Of a DNA stretch of 64,000 bases, positions 1-12,997 are shown piece by piece (within the stretch, counting starts at the first letter, position 1; each line of letters opens with the position of its first letter). Made by a program: the position numbers and the translations under genes. Origin of the DNA: Octopus vulgaris (Eukaryota); NCBI GenBank assembly GCA_951406725.2, contig OX597814.1, positions 131,998,001-132,062,000 of the forward strand, given 5' to 3'. Below the pieces are notes generated by a model. That model was not told where the DNA came from and searched no databases. It saw nothing but the letters and a program-made list of their open reading frames with translations.

Positions 1-41
<41 letters not shown>

Positions 42-69
42 TTATTGTTGTTGTTGTTGTTGTTATTGA

Positions 70-100
<31 letters not shown>

Positions 101-120
101 GCTGTTGATGTTGTTGCTGC
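1..120. repeat. (TAT)n/(TGT)n trinucleotide microsatellite
   Basis: Directly visible tandem triplets. Confidence 0.95.
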
Positions 121-628
121 TTCCGCTTTTGTTCTTTTTCGTCTATTTACTCGTGTTGCACATCGCTCCTGTAAGTTAGTTGTTATTGATATATTTACAC
201 ATTGTGATACATCGGCAATTTGTTAACGTTACATAAATAAATTAATAAGGGCCTTAGGATGTTTAGTTCTTCTCCAACTGTAGCCCTTAGCGGCTAACTT
301 GGTGTTTATTTAAGCTGATATACCCATCAAATTTTTGCTAAAAAAGAAAAAGAGATGGTGAACGAGAATTATTCGTCCGCTGAAAGGAACAGCTAGTCAT
401 CCGCAAAACAGAACAGCCGAGTCGTAAAAGACAGCAACAGCTGTAGTAGCAGCAGCAGCAGCAACAGAAGCAACAACAAGAACAAGTACAATAGCGCACG
501 GGAAATATATAAAAGTAACTTCCCAATGCTTTCAGCGCCACCTTCCCCGTTGCAGGAACAAAATTGTCAATGACAACAAAAGGCAACAATACCAGCGAGA
601 AGACTTCCAGCAACACTGGCAATAGCAA

Positions 629-747
629 ACCCACCACCACGGCCAGCGCCGCCGTCGCCGCCGCCACCACCACCACCACCACCACCACCACCACCACCAC
701 CACCACCACCACCACCAACACCACCACCACCATCAACAACAACAACA
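629..747. repeat. (CCA)n/(CAA)n triplet repeat
   Basis: Directly visible; source of the poly-T/poly-V ORFs in the track. Confidence 0.9.
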
Positions 748-959
748 TTAACGAAAATGTCAAAGAAGAAAACGAATCACGCAAATCCATTCTTAGCGAT
801 TTCTCATAAGCGACATGACGAGTAACTGAAGACCTTTTCTGTCAACGAAAATGAATTCAAATCTTTCTATGAAGGACAAGGGCGTCGACGAGAACGAGCT
901 GCCCTTTCTGTTCCGGAGGAATTCCTCACCGGATAATATCGATAATATTCAGGAATCTT

Positions 960-1320
960 TGGCCTGGCAGTGAAAAGGAAAGTGAAAGTAGAGAGAGAAG
1001 TGCTGCCTCCCAGCAATTTTGCTAAAAGGTGGGTGAATGTAGCGCAAATTGCCTGAGTGAACGGGACTACTCTAAGCGAACGACTCTACGTCAAAGGTAG
1101 ATGAAGATGTAAGGGCTATTTGCCCTAGACATCAAGGCAATCGTGATTTTTGTGGCATTTGCACAGACAGCCCTTAGAAGTCTCCCTGTTTGGGGGTTTT
1201 AATTGTTATAATTTTTATTGTTATTCTGTTTTTACAAGTTTCGGCCCCACACTTTTGGTATCGTATTGTCTTGTACAGTCACCAATCTTTTATATGAACC
1301 CTCAGTGGTTGATAAAGAAA
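960..1320 (+). mobile_element. 3' end remnant of an L1/Tx1-like non-LTR retrotransposon
   Basis: 964-1056 translates LAVKRKVKVEREVLPPSNFAKRWVNVAQIA*, resembling the R/K-x-E...F..RW C-terminus of L1/Tx1 ORF2, followed by a T-rich 3'UTR-like tract. Confidence 0.5.
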
Positions 1321-1439
1321 GATCATTGATATTATTTATTATAATTTTTAATGATACAGCCAAGCAGAAACGTTAGCTAACCAGGAAAAATGCTGAGTGA
1401 CAACTCGACCGTTTTCACGTTCCGAGTTCCAGCTATGTC

Positions 1440-3920
1440 CTAGTCGTGGATCCTGGGAAACGCTAAAGTTGGGGATTGTTTGGCAGGATGAAGTGTAGTT
1501 GGGCCTTCGATGACCATGGGCGGCTACGGTAACCGATAAAGCCTATCAAGAACCTCGAAACGCTAATTTGAAGGAGCTCTGGTACCGCCATTCGGGTTTG
1601 CTTCAAGGTGATCTCTAAAAGATCTCTGTTTCGGTAGCTCGATGCTGCTCTATTGTTTCAAGACCGCCTGTCTCAATTCAGTGAGGCCTTGGAGCGAAGT
1701 TGCGTGGGCATCGGTTTCGAGAACCGTCGTCCAACCTAATAAAAATAACGCGAACGCCCCATCTGTACCCTACATGATGCTCTCCCTCTCTTCAAGTTCA
1801 ATAGTGATGTCCCCACGGGCAAGGGGAGCAGGCTTGGTACACTGCATAGTCATTTTCTCTGTGGAGTAGTGGTGACGCAGGATTTTGGCAGCTGTGTACG
1901 GTGTCAGGGTTGGCCTATTTAAGTGCACTGCAGCCCTCCCTGTACAGGGAACCCCTAGAAAAGGTAGGTTAAAGATCGGTCTCTGCGCGCTTCGTCTGCT
2001 TGTTTTACAGCGACCAGTGGACACTCATGTGAAAGGTAGAAAATTTCGATCCCATTCTCTGACTTTGGGAGCGTGGAATGTAAGAACTTTGATGGACATG
2101 CAAACCACCTAAACCTGAAAGGCTTACCGCATTTGTCTTCAGCATTGACGTAGCCACTCTGAGCACAAATCTTTTGTCTGGTGACGGCAGCATGAATGAA
2201 TTGACCACAGTGTCTTTTAGAAAGGAAAAGACGCCAATGAAACTTGCATCCATGGCGTCGGATCTGCTATCAAAACCGAGCTGGTCAAAGAATACAACCC
2301 GACCAAAAATACAAACGTGTGATGTCCATCCGAATTTAAATAAGACCTTCTTTGCGCTGCTCTCAATCTATACTCCAACTATTGACTTAGATGACGAAAT
2401 TTAAAATGCTTTCTACGACCCCCTCAAAGCTTTTCTGCGAAATGATAAACTAATCATCCTTGGCAAAATTAATGCCCAAATCGGTCACGATCACCATCTC
2501 TGGCAAGGCATCCTCGGCAAAGAAGGGATTGGAAACTGCAACCCAACGGGTTCCTCTTCCTTGGACTCTGCGAGAAATAACCTGGCTTTTATAAACACCC
2601 TCTTCCAGCTCGCCACTAAACAACCTGGAAACATCCGAAGTGAAAGCACCGGCATATTCTGGATTATGTATTGACGAGGATTTGGTACAAGAAAGATGTG
2701 AAGATCCTTAGATCCTTGCTAGGTGCTGATGATTGCTGGACCGATCCCCGGAGAGCGATCTCTCGTCTCAACTTTTCCATCCGTTCGGTATCTCAATACT
2801 CAATATCACAAACTGAGGTATGACTGTTACAAACTGAAGGACTCACTCCAAGCCTTCCTAGAAGTTAAGTAACATCTGAGGGAAATGCAGAACGGTAATC
2901 CTTCACCGAATGATTGGAGCACTCGGCGTGATGCTATAACATCTGCTGCGGACGAGGTCATCGGCTACTCAGAGTGCCACAAACAAGACTGCTGAAGAGA
3001 TCGTACATCTGTTCATTGAGTAAAAAAGAAACAAGTATTGCTTCCGAAAATTACCCAACGAGAAGCAAAAAGAAACACCTCGCAAAAGAAACGCAGGCGT
3101 GCCAAAGGCGCCTCAGAGAGATCCAGAACTCCTGGTGGCAAGCGAAGCCTGCTGAACTTCAGAATCACGCAGACCAAAGAGATGTAACTCGGCAGAACTC
3201 TTTCACAATGCGGAACATGCGAAAGAGACATCGACCACCGCATGAGATCCACTCTTTGGGATCTCGAAAGACTTAACACGCGTATGTAAAAAAACTACTT
3301 GCTCTCCCACCGAACAAAACTCATGGTGCTCTGCACTGTTGTTATTTCCACCTTGCTCAATGCTAGAGAGACATGAACTCTGTATCGAAAAGACATGAAA
3401 AAGCTTGAGCATTTCCAACAAGCCAAGCTTCGACAGATCCGCAACATCAAATGGCAGGACTGACGCACCAACAGTGAAGTACCCAATCGCTCAGAAATGC
3501 TAAATATTGAAGCTGCCATCCTCAAGCATCACCTCAGATGGTCAGGATATGTCATCCGAATGACCTCTTCAAGATTTCCGCGGACCATCCTCTACAGCGA
3601 ACGCATCAACGGCAAATGACATCGAGGAGCTCCCAAAGGCAGATTCAAAGACCAACTGAAGTATTCCCTCCTTCAAGCCGGAATCAACCGTAACACCTGG
3701 GAAACAGAAGCTGCCAACTCTCCGTCCTGGCAAAGAATAATTCATTTCGGCTGTTCCACTTTTGAGGAGAGTAGAAAAACTCAAGTAAAAGCAAAAGGAA
3801 GGCAACGCAAGGCCCAGCAACCCCAGCCAAGACCACTATCCGCCCTGGCGTGCGATCAATGCCCGAGACTGTTCCATTCCTGACTTGGGTTTCTGAGGCA
3901 TGTCAGGTCTAAGCCTTATT
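1440..3920 (+). mobile_element. Degenerate RTE-clade LINE with most of the RT domain deleted
   Basis: APE motifs TLGAWNVRTLMD (~2060), IYTPT, LIILGKINAQIG, HILDYVL, DCWTD, then RRLREIQNSWWQAK. Near 3190 it jumps to the post-RT region (KLEHFQQAKLRQI, LRWSGYVIRM, RGAPKGRFKDQLK) and a terminal CDQC..H finger. Many stops and frameshifts; 5' boundary approximate. Confidence 0.85.
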
Positions 3921-5169
3921 AAAGCTTTGTGGCTTTGTGTCTGTTTGTCCCTTTGTAGAATGTATTATGACACTGAAACCTCTCACAGTCGCTTTACCTG
4001 CTAGAAATAGCAGGTATATCAATCCAAATGCTGAATGTTCAAGAACTAAATGAAGGGCAGAATTTTCAATCCAGGGATTTTCCTGATTCTAAAAAGGTAT
4101 AATATATCTATGTAAAGCAAATGTAGATTGAGATGCAAGTGTCTCAATTACCTTCCACTGGAATTGTTCGTTGTTGTGCCTATGTCGTAAAATATCACAA
4201 CCATATGATTATGAAATATATAATACTGATAAAAATGGTCGGTGACATTTCAAACGTTTTACTTTCAACTTAGAAAAAATCGAATCCTGGAATGAAATCA
4301 GCATTAAAAAAATATGCCTTCTGGTCCAATCCAAATCATTTGGATTGGTACCTGAGCACTGTATACAATAATTTCATTATAATTTATTTCCGATGGAGAA
4401 GGGGATGATATATATTACAAATGAGACCTGAACGTTTTCATTTCTTTAAAGTGGTATAGATTCTTCAATTAATAAACTACTAAGGATTTAATGAGAATAT
4501 CACATACCGGTAGCAGAAGAGACAAAAGCAGGAGATAAAGTAAATCTTATTTATTTATTTCTTCTTGCCAATTGTAAACAGCTGTAAAGAATTACTTATA
4601 CTTTCCTATCCATCACTTACAAGGCTAACTGATTCCAGTTATTTTCTAATTAAACACCCACTTCGCTGTTCTCCCATTAATAGCCCCTTCCGTTTTTCTC
4701 TCGTTGTAAACATTTCCTGGAGTTTAATGTTAAGTGTCCTACAGTGTTCTCGTTTTAAATATCCTCCAGGATTGACTTGCTAAAAACCTCCTACTGGGTT
4801 ATTTCTCGTTAATCGTGCTTTTCTACATCTCATTAAAAGTGTCTGTTATTGTTATTTATATTATCAACAATTTGAGAAATATGCATTTCTTTTCTTATAA
4901 GAAGCATTAAGTACATAATGGAAAACACACAATAAGACTGTCTAAAAACATACATGATAAGACTGCTTAAAAAGTAAATTCATTTTTCAAGGTGAACAAA
5001 TATGTCCAAATTTAAAAACGATATTTAAGGTTCAAGAATGTCTATATGTCTTAGAATTTCACATATCAATGCCATTTCTTGTTGGTTATTACCAGGGTTT
5101 TTCTGACGAATATAGCTATGTATGACTTTGATTGTGCCAGTTATACACGAAACAATTGAGACATTCCTT

Positions 5170-5384
5170 AGGTGGAGATGCTGAAAAGCTCCTGGCTTTA
5201 GGGGTATTGCGAAATGCCTGGTTGGAGGCCCGACCTTCCGAGTTATTTTACAGTGCGAAGCAAAACTGAAAGGTCGCTGCAATAAGTGTGTGAATCTAAG
5301 AAGGGAATATGTTGAATAAATTCATAGCTGAACCTCCAATATTTTCTTTTACCCAAAGCCAGGGTCTTTTCAGTACTCTTCATA
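5170..5384 (+). mobile_element. Short non-autonomous mariner derivative
   Basis: Imperfect TIRs (gatgctgaaaagctcctggcttt / aaagccagggtcttttcagtactc) and a transposase C-terminal remnant RCNKCVNLRREYVE*; related copy at ~56830-57025. Confidence 0.7.
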
Positions 5385-5524
5385 CTTGTCATAATGACTT
5401 CATTTCGACTTATCGTTGTAATTACTAGACTTTTTAGCTAACTTCTGCAATATTTTATAGGCATTTGCTAGTGCTGTGGACATAAAACATTATCATTTTT
5501 AGCCATGACATAGAAAGTAATCTT

Positions 5525-5715
5525 TTCTACTGAAGGCACAAGGCCTTGACAATTCGGGGGAGGAGACTAGTCGATTGCATCGACCCCAGTGTTTAATTGG
5601 TACTTAATATGTCGACCCGAAAGGGTGAAAGGCAAAGTAGACTCCGGCGGAATTTGATCTCAGAACTTGAAGACGGGTGAAATACCGTTAAGCCCTCCGC
5701 GCGGCCTGCCTACGA
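5525..5715 (-). mobile_element. Abundant SINE with a Nin-domain-like core
   Basis: Reverse complement of the ggcagaa..gttctgagttcaaattccgccgaggtcgactttgcctttcatcctttcggggtcga..gtaccag family present more than 10 times in the window. Confidence 0.8.
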
Positions 5716-6719
5716 TTCTGCCAGCACGCTGCCTTCATTACATAGAAAATAATACCAAACTTATTATTTCATCTCACCTTGTCCGTCATTATTCTAAATT
5801 TTTTATAACTTTTAATATTGTCATGTTCTAACACAATCAGATTATCGCCTGAAAGCTTTTTCTTAAAGCAATTGAAATTGGGTGACTGTATACACAGAAC
5901 TGGCATGCCACGTTATTCTTTATCCTTCTCGAATTTAGTATGAGGCGTCCTGATAGAGTGTGGTGTATTGCGTCAGAAGGTGCACCACATGGATGACATG
6001 ATAGTGTATCTCAGTTATATTGTACGAATTATGATGACTTGCTCTTTTATCGCTTCAGTTTTGTTGCCCTATTTATCTGGATTAGTTTATATAAAGAATA
6101 GTTTTTAATTATATGTTCTTTGCATTAATAACGGGAATCATGGTGTTTGTAAAGACGTTCCTTTACTCTTACTTCAGTTCAAACTTGAGCTCTTAGAAGT
6201 CTAAGACAGTTTAATGTGATAAGTTTGCCGTTGCGGATATAATCGATTTGCTACATTATTTACAATCATATCCAACACAAAAGAATTCGCTAGAAAGAGA
6301 TAGTAGGTACCATATTTTTTGATATTACTCTCTAAAGTTAAACAATTTCCTTCATCTCATTTTCTAGGAAAGCGCAATCATCGGTTGTCTGATTATTGTA
6401 TAGTATATGAGCTTTTTTGCAGATTTAGTAGTGATAAGCTCTATAGATTATAGTCTATAGGGTTTCTGTCCATCACGACCCATTCCAAGATAACAGAATT
6501 ATACGCTATAGGTAGCGCTACAGAACCGTTGAAAACACCTATTGTAGTGTGACAAATAAGACGAATTAAAAATGTTTTATTTTTAACTTTGTCAAAGTAT
6601 TCGCTGTTCGTTCCCATTCGGATAGCTTTCTCTTACACAATTTTATTCCCATCTACACTTAAAAGTTTGTAGGATACGGAATTGTCCAGTGTTTATATTT
6701 CCTTCCTTAACTTGGTCTG

Positions 6720-6915
6720 GGAATCGGCAGAATCGTTACAACATCGCAAAAATGCGTTGCGGTATTTCTTTCGGATCTGAGTTCAGATCTTGTCGAAGGT
6801 AAATTCACCTTACCCTCTTTCGGAGTTGGCAAAATAAAGTAGTTGTCAAGTCATAAAGTCGATGATGTCGACTACCCCTTACCACTCGAGAACGCTAGCC
6901 TCGTTTCTAAATCAG
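6720..6915 (+). mobile_element. Diverged copy of the same SINE family
   Basis: ggcagaatcgtt...tctgagttcagatcttgtcgaaggt...ctttcggagttggcaaaataaagta. Confidence 0.65.
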
Positions 6916-6979
6916 AAAGCCTTATATTCTCTTCCTGGACTTCCCAATCATGTACTAGACATGTCAGTAAAACGTTTGA

Positions 6980-7125
6980 TATGTTTACATTATTGACATT
7001 CGACGGATGTTTGTCCTCATCTTGTTTGTTGTTACCATCTAGCCTTCTTCAGGTGTCTTGGGGAAATTTCGAACCTGGGTTCTCATTCCTAATGTATTTT
7101 TTCGATATTGCTGTTGTTGTTGTTG

Positions 7126-7160
<35 letters not shown>

Positions 7161-7360
7161 GTTAGTATCCTGGTCACTGTTTGGGATCGAACTCGGAATC
7201 TTGGAGTTAGTAGCCCGCGCTCTTAACCACTACGGTATACAAGATGAGGACACTTAAACACTCTTAACCACTACGCCAAAGAAGATCAGGACAAATATCC
7301 GTCGAATGTAAATAATGTAAATAATGTACATAATTCCTCATCTCTTAAATGTAGAACTGT
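6980..7360 (-). mobile_element. Composite repeat: tRNA-like head, (AAT)n, tail, with an inverted duplication of the tail
   Basis: Minus strand 7235-7170 reads cgtagtggttaagagcgcgggctactaac..gagttcgatccc (A/B boxes); 6980-7024 is an inverted copy of 7281-7325. Confidence 0.6.
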
Positions 7361-9304
7361 TTGCTATGTTATCTTCTATTTCTTCAGTCCAAATGGTAGC
7401 TTGATGTCACTGATAAATTGTTTGTCAATGCTAAAAAAAAGAGACCAAGCTGATAGACCATTCGGTTTTCAAGGTGAACAAAATGTCCAAGGTTAACAAG
7501 GTTCAAGAAAATAATCAAGATTAATAAAACTCACGTGTTATAACAAAATTATTAAGGTCACATGAAGAAGGTGTTCTATGCATATAGCAATAGATGCCAG
7601 TTATGAGTTTTCTGCCTTGAAAACTTTAAAGAACAAAACTACAAGTAAAAATTATGGAGACTGAAGGTCTGAAAGACGACTTTATCATAAATATAAAATC
7701 GCAGAGATGAAAAATGTACAACGAAATCCGAGAGAAAGGTAGCTGCAGCGCGAACGGTTACTGGTTGCTCTGGAATGATATCATTTTCATTCGAAAAGGT
7801 TCTGTGTACAGAAATTAGGATAAGGGAATACATTGTACAGAGAAAAAGCTACAGGACCAATCTCCAGCCGGAATTGTGAAGTTCTCGGAAGAAGTGAGTC
7901 CTTCATCAGTATATACAGCAAGAGAAAATGAACAGGACGCTGGCTGCCATCTACTCGAAGTGTTGCCACAACAACGTACAATACATACACAAAAGATTAA
8001 GATATCACTGTATAAAGAAACGTCATGTGATCATAGTCAGATCGCTGGTGTTCAACTTTACAGCGACTATGCCAATGGAAATGCTAAATGGGTACAGAGA
8101 AATAATTAATATGAAGAAGAATGTCAATTAAGTTCTCTGTTCTGCTTGGAAGACGTTTATGATATTGTTACATTTCTTTCTATCTTGGAGAATGCAAGCA
8201 GGGGCGAGTAGTGGAGCAGAGAAGAAAAGGCAAAAGTTAAATTTATGGAAAAATAAACAGTAAAACGGAAAAAATGGAGCATCACACAGCACCGATGCTA
8301 CCAACACCAAATCAGCTGCCATTGCAAAGAAGGCGGCAGATGCAATTAGGACAACAATAACAATGAAGGAACACTCTGCGCACACATATGGAGAAGGATT
8401 CAGGAACAACTCCACACCTCACAACCACTACCACCATCTACAATATAAGCAAATATCTCAGAACAAAATGAAACCCCAAGCGATCTAAGTGTTTAGATAT
8501 GGAAGAAACCACGGACAATAGAAAAGCGTCTAAATGGCCTATAGTTGAACACCCATTAAAAAGGAAGAAATGTCAGCTCCTAAGTCTAGTGATCTAATCT
8601 ACCTTCTTCTTCCTCTCTAAGCACATAAGTAGCATCAAGGGAAACACTACTAAAACAAAACAAAAAAAGTGCAACTAAACTCACAAACCAGCTTCAGAAC
8701 AACGAAAACAATAGCGAGGACGACGACTGTAACAATAGCAAAACCGACATCACAATAACAAATAGAACAGGACATAATAAGAATAGCAACAAGAACAAAG
8801 AGCAAACTCAAAAAACAAAACAAGAACAACGAATGTGGCAGCTACTACAACAATGACAAGAGACGGAAGAACTGCATTTACAATAATACTGACTGTCGAT
8901 TCCCCACAACTGCACAGTTCTTCGAAAGGTGAACGTGGAAGTGTTGGCAGTTGTACTCTTAAGAGAGATAAATTCTTGGTAGCAGGCAAATATTACGATG
9001 CATTCGCTCTCTAAAATACCACACAAAGTGGATTTCTTGTAAGAACTACTCTAAAACTTTATCGCTACTTGAGAACGTGTTTCCTTTGTGATGTGGGGAA
9101 AAGTACCAGGTGTGCACAAGAGCGCATATTAACAAGGGAATCATTGGACTTGAAACACAGAAGGTGGAAAGGAAAAATACCAGCCTAGGGCGATTTCTGT
9201 CGATGTATCAGGACATTCAAGGAGAAACGAACTGGGAAGAGGTCATGAACAAGGTGACCCGTTTCACATAAAAATGCGCCTAAGGGATGTTCTCCTTTAA
9301 TAAT

Positions 9305-9460
9305 TGATGTGTTTACGTCCTCGTAACTTAGCGGTTCGGCAAAAGAGTTCGATAGAATAAGTTCTAGGCTTACAAAGAATAAATCCTGGGGTCGATTTGC
9401 TCGACTAAAGGCGGTGCTCCAGCATGGCCGCAGTCAAATGACTGAAAGAAGTAAAATAAA
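9305..9460 (+). mobile_element. SINE 3' half with a LINE-like tail
   Basis: gtaacttagcggttcggcaaaaga...ggcggtgctccagcatggccgcagtcaaatgactgaaa; the same tail occurs at 15615, 17070 and 35595 (minus strand). Confidence 0.8.
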
Positions 9461-9699
9461 AAACCTTACATATTTCTTCAAATCAGTGATCTACAGATGT
9501 TTAAACTGGGCATCATTCCCGTCAGTTTTGGCATTCTTAGAAGTACTATATTGAATAAGGTCACAAAATTTCTACATTGATTAAAGTATAAGACATTCAG
9601 TAATCAACTCAAAAGGCGGGATACAATAATGCCTTCGAATAAATGTTTGTAGCCTATAAGTGATTAATTATTTTTTTTTCTTTTCTACTTTAGGTACAA

Positions 9700-9842
9700 T
9701 GCAACTGGTACTTAATTTATCGACCCCGAAAGGATGAAAGACAAAGTCGACCTCGGCGAAATTTGAACTCAGAACGAAAAGACAGACGAAATACCGCTAA
9801 GCACTTCGCCCGGCGTGCTAACGTTTCCGCCAGCTCACCGCC
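9700..9842 (-). mobile_element. SINE (Nin-like core family)
   Basis: Near-identical to the reverse complement of 23156-23300. Confidence 0.85.
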
Positions 9843-9944
9843 TTTGGGTGATTAATTATTTGTCAATCAGTTGGATAGAATTCTGTTGTTTTCTAACTTT
9901 ATAACTCGTTGTTTTCTAATTTCTACAGGTGTACATATGATGCA

Positions 9945-10255
9945 GTGGAGGCACATTGCTTAGCGGTTAGAGCGGCTGACTCGCGGTCGAGGGATCGCAG
10001 GTTCGAATCTCAGGCCAGGCGATATGTGTGTTTATGAGCGAAACACCTAAGCTCCACGTGGCTCCGGCAGAAAGTAATGGCGAACTTCTGCCGATTCTTT
10101 CGCCACAACTTTCTCTCACTCTTTCCTCCTGCATCTTGCGGCTCATCTGCGATAGACCGGCGTCCCGTCCAAGTGGGGAAGCTATAAACCAAGGAAACCG
10201 GGAAACCGACCCTTATGAGCCAAACATGGCTCGAGAAGGAACAAACAACATATGA
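9945..10255 (+). mobile_element. tRNA-derived SINE
   Basis: A box ttgcttagcggttagagcg and B box ggttcgaatctc; body shared with 14955-15213. Confidence 0.8.
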
Positions 10256-12019
10256 TACAAGTGTAGTAATCATACACTGAAAAACATATACAGTAATATT
10301 TGTTAAATAGAAATAATATTAATAGTACAACACGTTCAAATACGGATAATGGTATTTGTGGTAACAGTTCAGAGATAAGATGTATCGTCTCTTTGTTCTT
10401 TCTGTTACTATAGTTGTTTCTCCCCTCGGAATTGTTCTGGTTTCTTGCTAACTCCGATAAACTGGCGCCGCACTGACTTGTACACACAGTCCTCTGTAAT
10501 TTCCCACAAGAACATCAATCATCTGAATTTCTTCATAAGTCAGGATTTCATTTCAGCTGTTGACGTGTGACGTTAACTGTATTAATCTCAAGAGTAACAT
10601 TTCCTGTATCGCTTTCGCCGGTCCTGGGAAGCCTACACAGATTATGACACTTAACATATGAAGATAACTAAACAACAAGCAAACATATCCTTAGATTATT
10701 TGCAACATCGTAACGAAAATATTTTTAAAATCCCATAATTTTTGTTCTCTTGAAATTTCTCGCTGCACCAGTAATGCGGTTGAAGTACCACTGAAGATTT
10801 TCTTGCTTCGGAAGCAGCTTAGAAATTATGTGTATTTCCACATTTCTACAAAATTAATTGCATAAATATAAACACTACCAGACGTATGGCAACCGAAGAA
10901 ATGCTGGTTACATTTAGTTTCGAGCTATTCAGAGAGAATGTAGCTTAAAGCCATTTATATATCAATTAATAAATCAATAAATCTGGATGTAGATTTGGTA
11001 ATTTCTGTAGAAGGAAACGTATGTAATAAATGAAAGAAGTTTGGAATTAATGATTTCTATATTACAACATGCATTTATAAAATTTCTCTTAAGTAAATGT
11101 ATAAGTTAATCTAAACTATTTATAGCATGAAAAGGTTGCAAATTAATACAATCTGAAATGATTTGTCAACATAAATTCAGAGATGACGGATTTGGGTTTT
11201 GATAAAAAAACAAAGACCTGTTGAAAATGATACATTTTGTAACACTTTCGCCATACGATATACAACATTTGTGAGAAAAACATAGCAAGGGTGGGAGTTC
11301 CAGGGGCAACATTCTGGATGGGAAGGACTGGTTGTATTAATTCATACATTGCCTGTGAATTGGACACAAAGTGGCGTAAGGAGAAGAGACGAGTTGGTCG
11401 GAAATTTCGTGCCAGGAACGAGGAATAAAAGTGAAACAGGTGAGCCAGAGACTGGAGTGTACCTGTGACTTTCTAACACATATTGTGTTGTCGCTTTTCC
11501 GTATGCAGTCTAGGATGTATATCTGCCACGGTTGGGGATTGTCTAGCTATGAAAGCCATTGGTCATAAATCTGCTTCATTAAGATTAATACCCAGATATA
11601 TATGGGCCAAAACAAGATTAGAATAGAAAAGAAAATGTCAGTCTTTACAAATGCTTTGTGTCTAGTACAAAATAAAACAGAGAATATGAAAGAGTAAGAA
11701 CGAAAGAAATAAAATGAAGTTTTACTTTTATGTACTTGTGTATCAATGCCGCGACTAGGACTCGTAGTCACTGATCGGTTGAAATTACCGAAATATGACA
11801 ACTTTAGCACGAAATAACTTCGAAAATAGAAACTTTTTTCAACAACACTAAGAGTAAAAGATGTTTTATATGACACATTCTACCAGTGTCCGAAGTTTGA
11901 AAGTGTTGAGTTACAAAAAATTAATTTCTCGATCTGTCGTTTAAAGGGAAAAGATCCACGTACTGTCATTTATTGGTATGAAATTGTAAAAAAAAAAGAA
12001 AAGAAAAAAGGGAGTATTG

Positions 12020-12237
12020 TGTGCTTAAGAAGCTTATCATGCAACCCTGTAGTTTCAGGTTCAGTCCCACTGAGCTGCACCTTAGGCAAGTGTCGCCTAC
12101 ATTAGCCTCGAGTCAACCTGTGTGTTGTGTGAGAGATTAGTAGATAGAAACTGTGCGGAAGCTCGTCGTACCTGTCTCTCTGTCTATCTATCACTCACTC
12201 ACTCACTCACTCACTCACTCACTCACTCACTCAATCA

Positions 12238-12291
<54 letters not shown>

Positions 12292-12570
12292 GTGTGTGTA
12301 TATATATATATATGGATATACTTATACTGACACATATATATGGATATGTTGTGTGTGTGTAAGTGTGTGTGTGTGAGCGTATCTATGTGTCTACGTTTCT
12401 CTCCGCCACGATTTGACAACCGATGTTAGTTTGTTTACGTCAACGTAGTTTAACAGTGCAGTGAAAGAGATTTATAGAATAAATATCAGACTTAAAAATA
12501 AATGCCGGGAACAATTTATTCCACTAAAACCCTTCAAAGGTAGAGAGCCAGCATGATTAAAACAAATAAA
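12020..12570 (+). mobile_element. tRNA-derived SINE with internal (TCAC)n/(CTAT)n/(TG)n, ending just upstream of the IL-17 #1 TATA box
   Basis: ggttcagtcccactgagctgcaccttaggcaagtgtc head and ttgacaaccgatgttagtttgtttacgtc tail, as in 15615-16035. Confidence 0.7.
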
Positions 12571-12628
12571 CAAAGAACAAAGATAAAATAAAACATTTTA
12601 AAAATTATTATTTTGGATCCTCCCACTC

Positions 12629-12660
12629 TATATAAGTCAAAACAGTGCCATGCCTTAGTT
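12629..12660 (+). promoter_or_regulatory. Core promoter of IL-17 #1 (TATATAAGTC + Inr-like TTAGTT)
   Basis: TATATAAGTC at 12629 with Inr A at 12657; an identical 10-mer lies 270 nt before the paralog's ATG (268 nt here). Confidence 0.7.
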
Positions 12661-12896
12661 GTTACATCCATCTGTTACTAAGTTCATTTAATTTATTCTC
12701 TTTACGTTGTTTAATGTCACGTTGGATTCGTTTTACATCTACTGGTGTCCAACAGTTATATAAGTAAATCAAGGACGGCCGATAACATTACAGAAGTATA
12801 CCACACTGAGAAAGAAACACAAGTCTTAATAGTGAAATATCTTACTGCTTTTCTCCTCTTTTCAATTTCCAAATTTCCACGTGAACAGTCAGTATA

Positions 12897-12911
12897 ATGA
12901 AGATAACTACT
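12897..12911 (+). CDS. IL17: IL-17-like gene #1, coding exon 1 (MKITT)
   Basis: ataATG AAG ATA ACT ACT|GTAAGTA, a phase-0 donor matching the phase-0 acceptor at 21273; same layout as the paralog at 49086. Confidence 0.75.
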
Positions 12912-12997
12912 GTAAGTATGAAGTTAATGACACTATCTGAGATATTTCTAAATGTTATTTGATTTAATTCTAATATATATTATATACAATATATGTA

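Noticed and set aside
1440-2050. HDV-like ribozyme expected in some RTE 5'UTRs
   Set aside because: I could not build the nested double pseudoknot by eye; a descriptor search would be needed.
10658-10670. ATGAAGATAACTA, 13-nt match to IL-17 #1 exon 1
   Set aside because: No GT donor and no promoter homology; probably chance.
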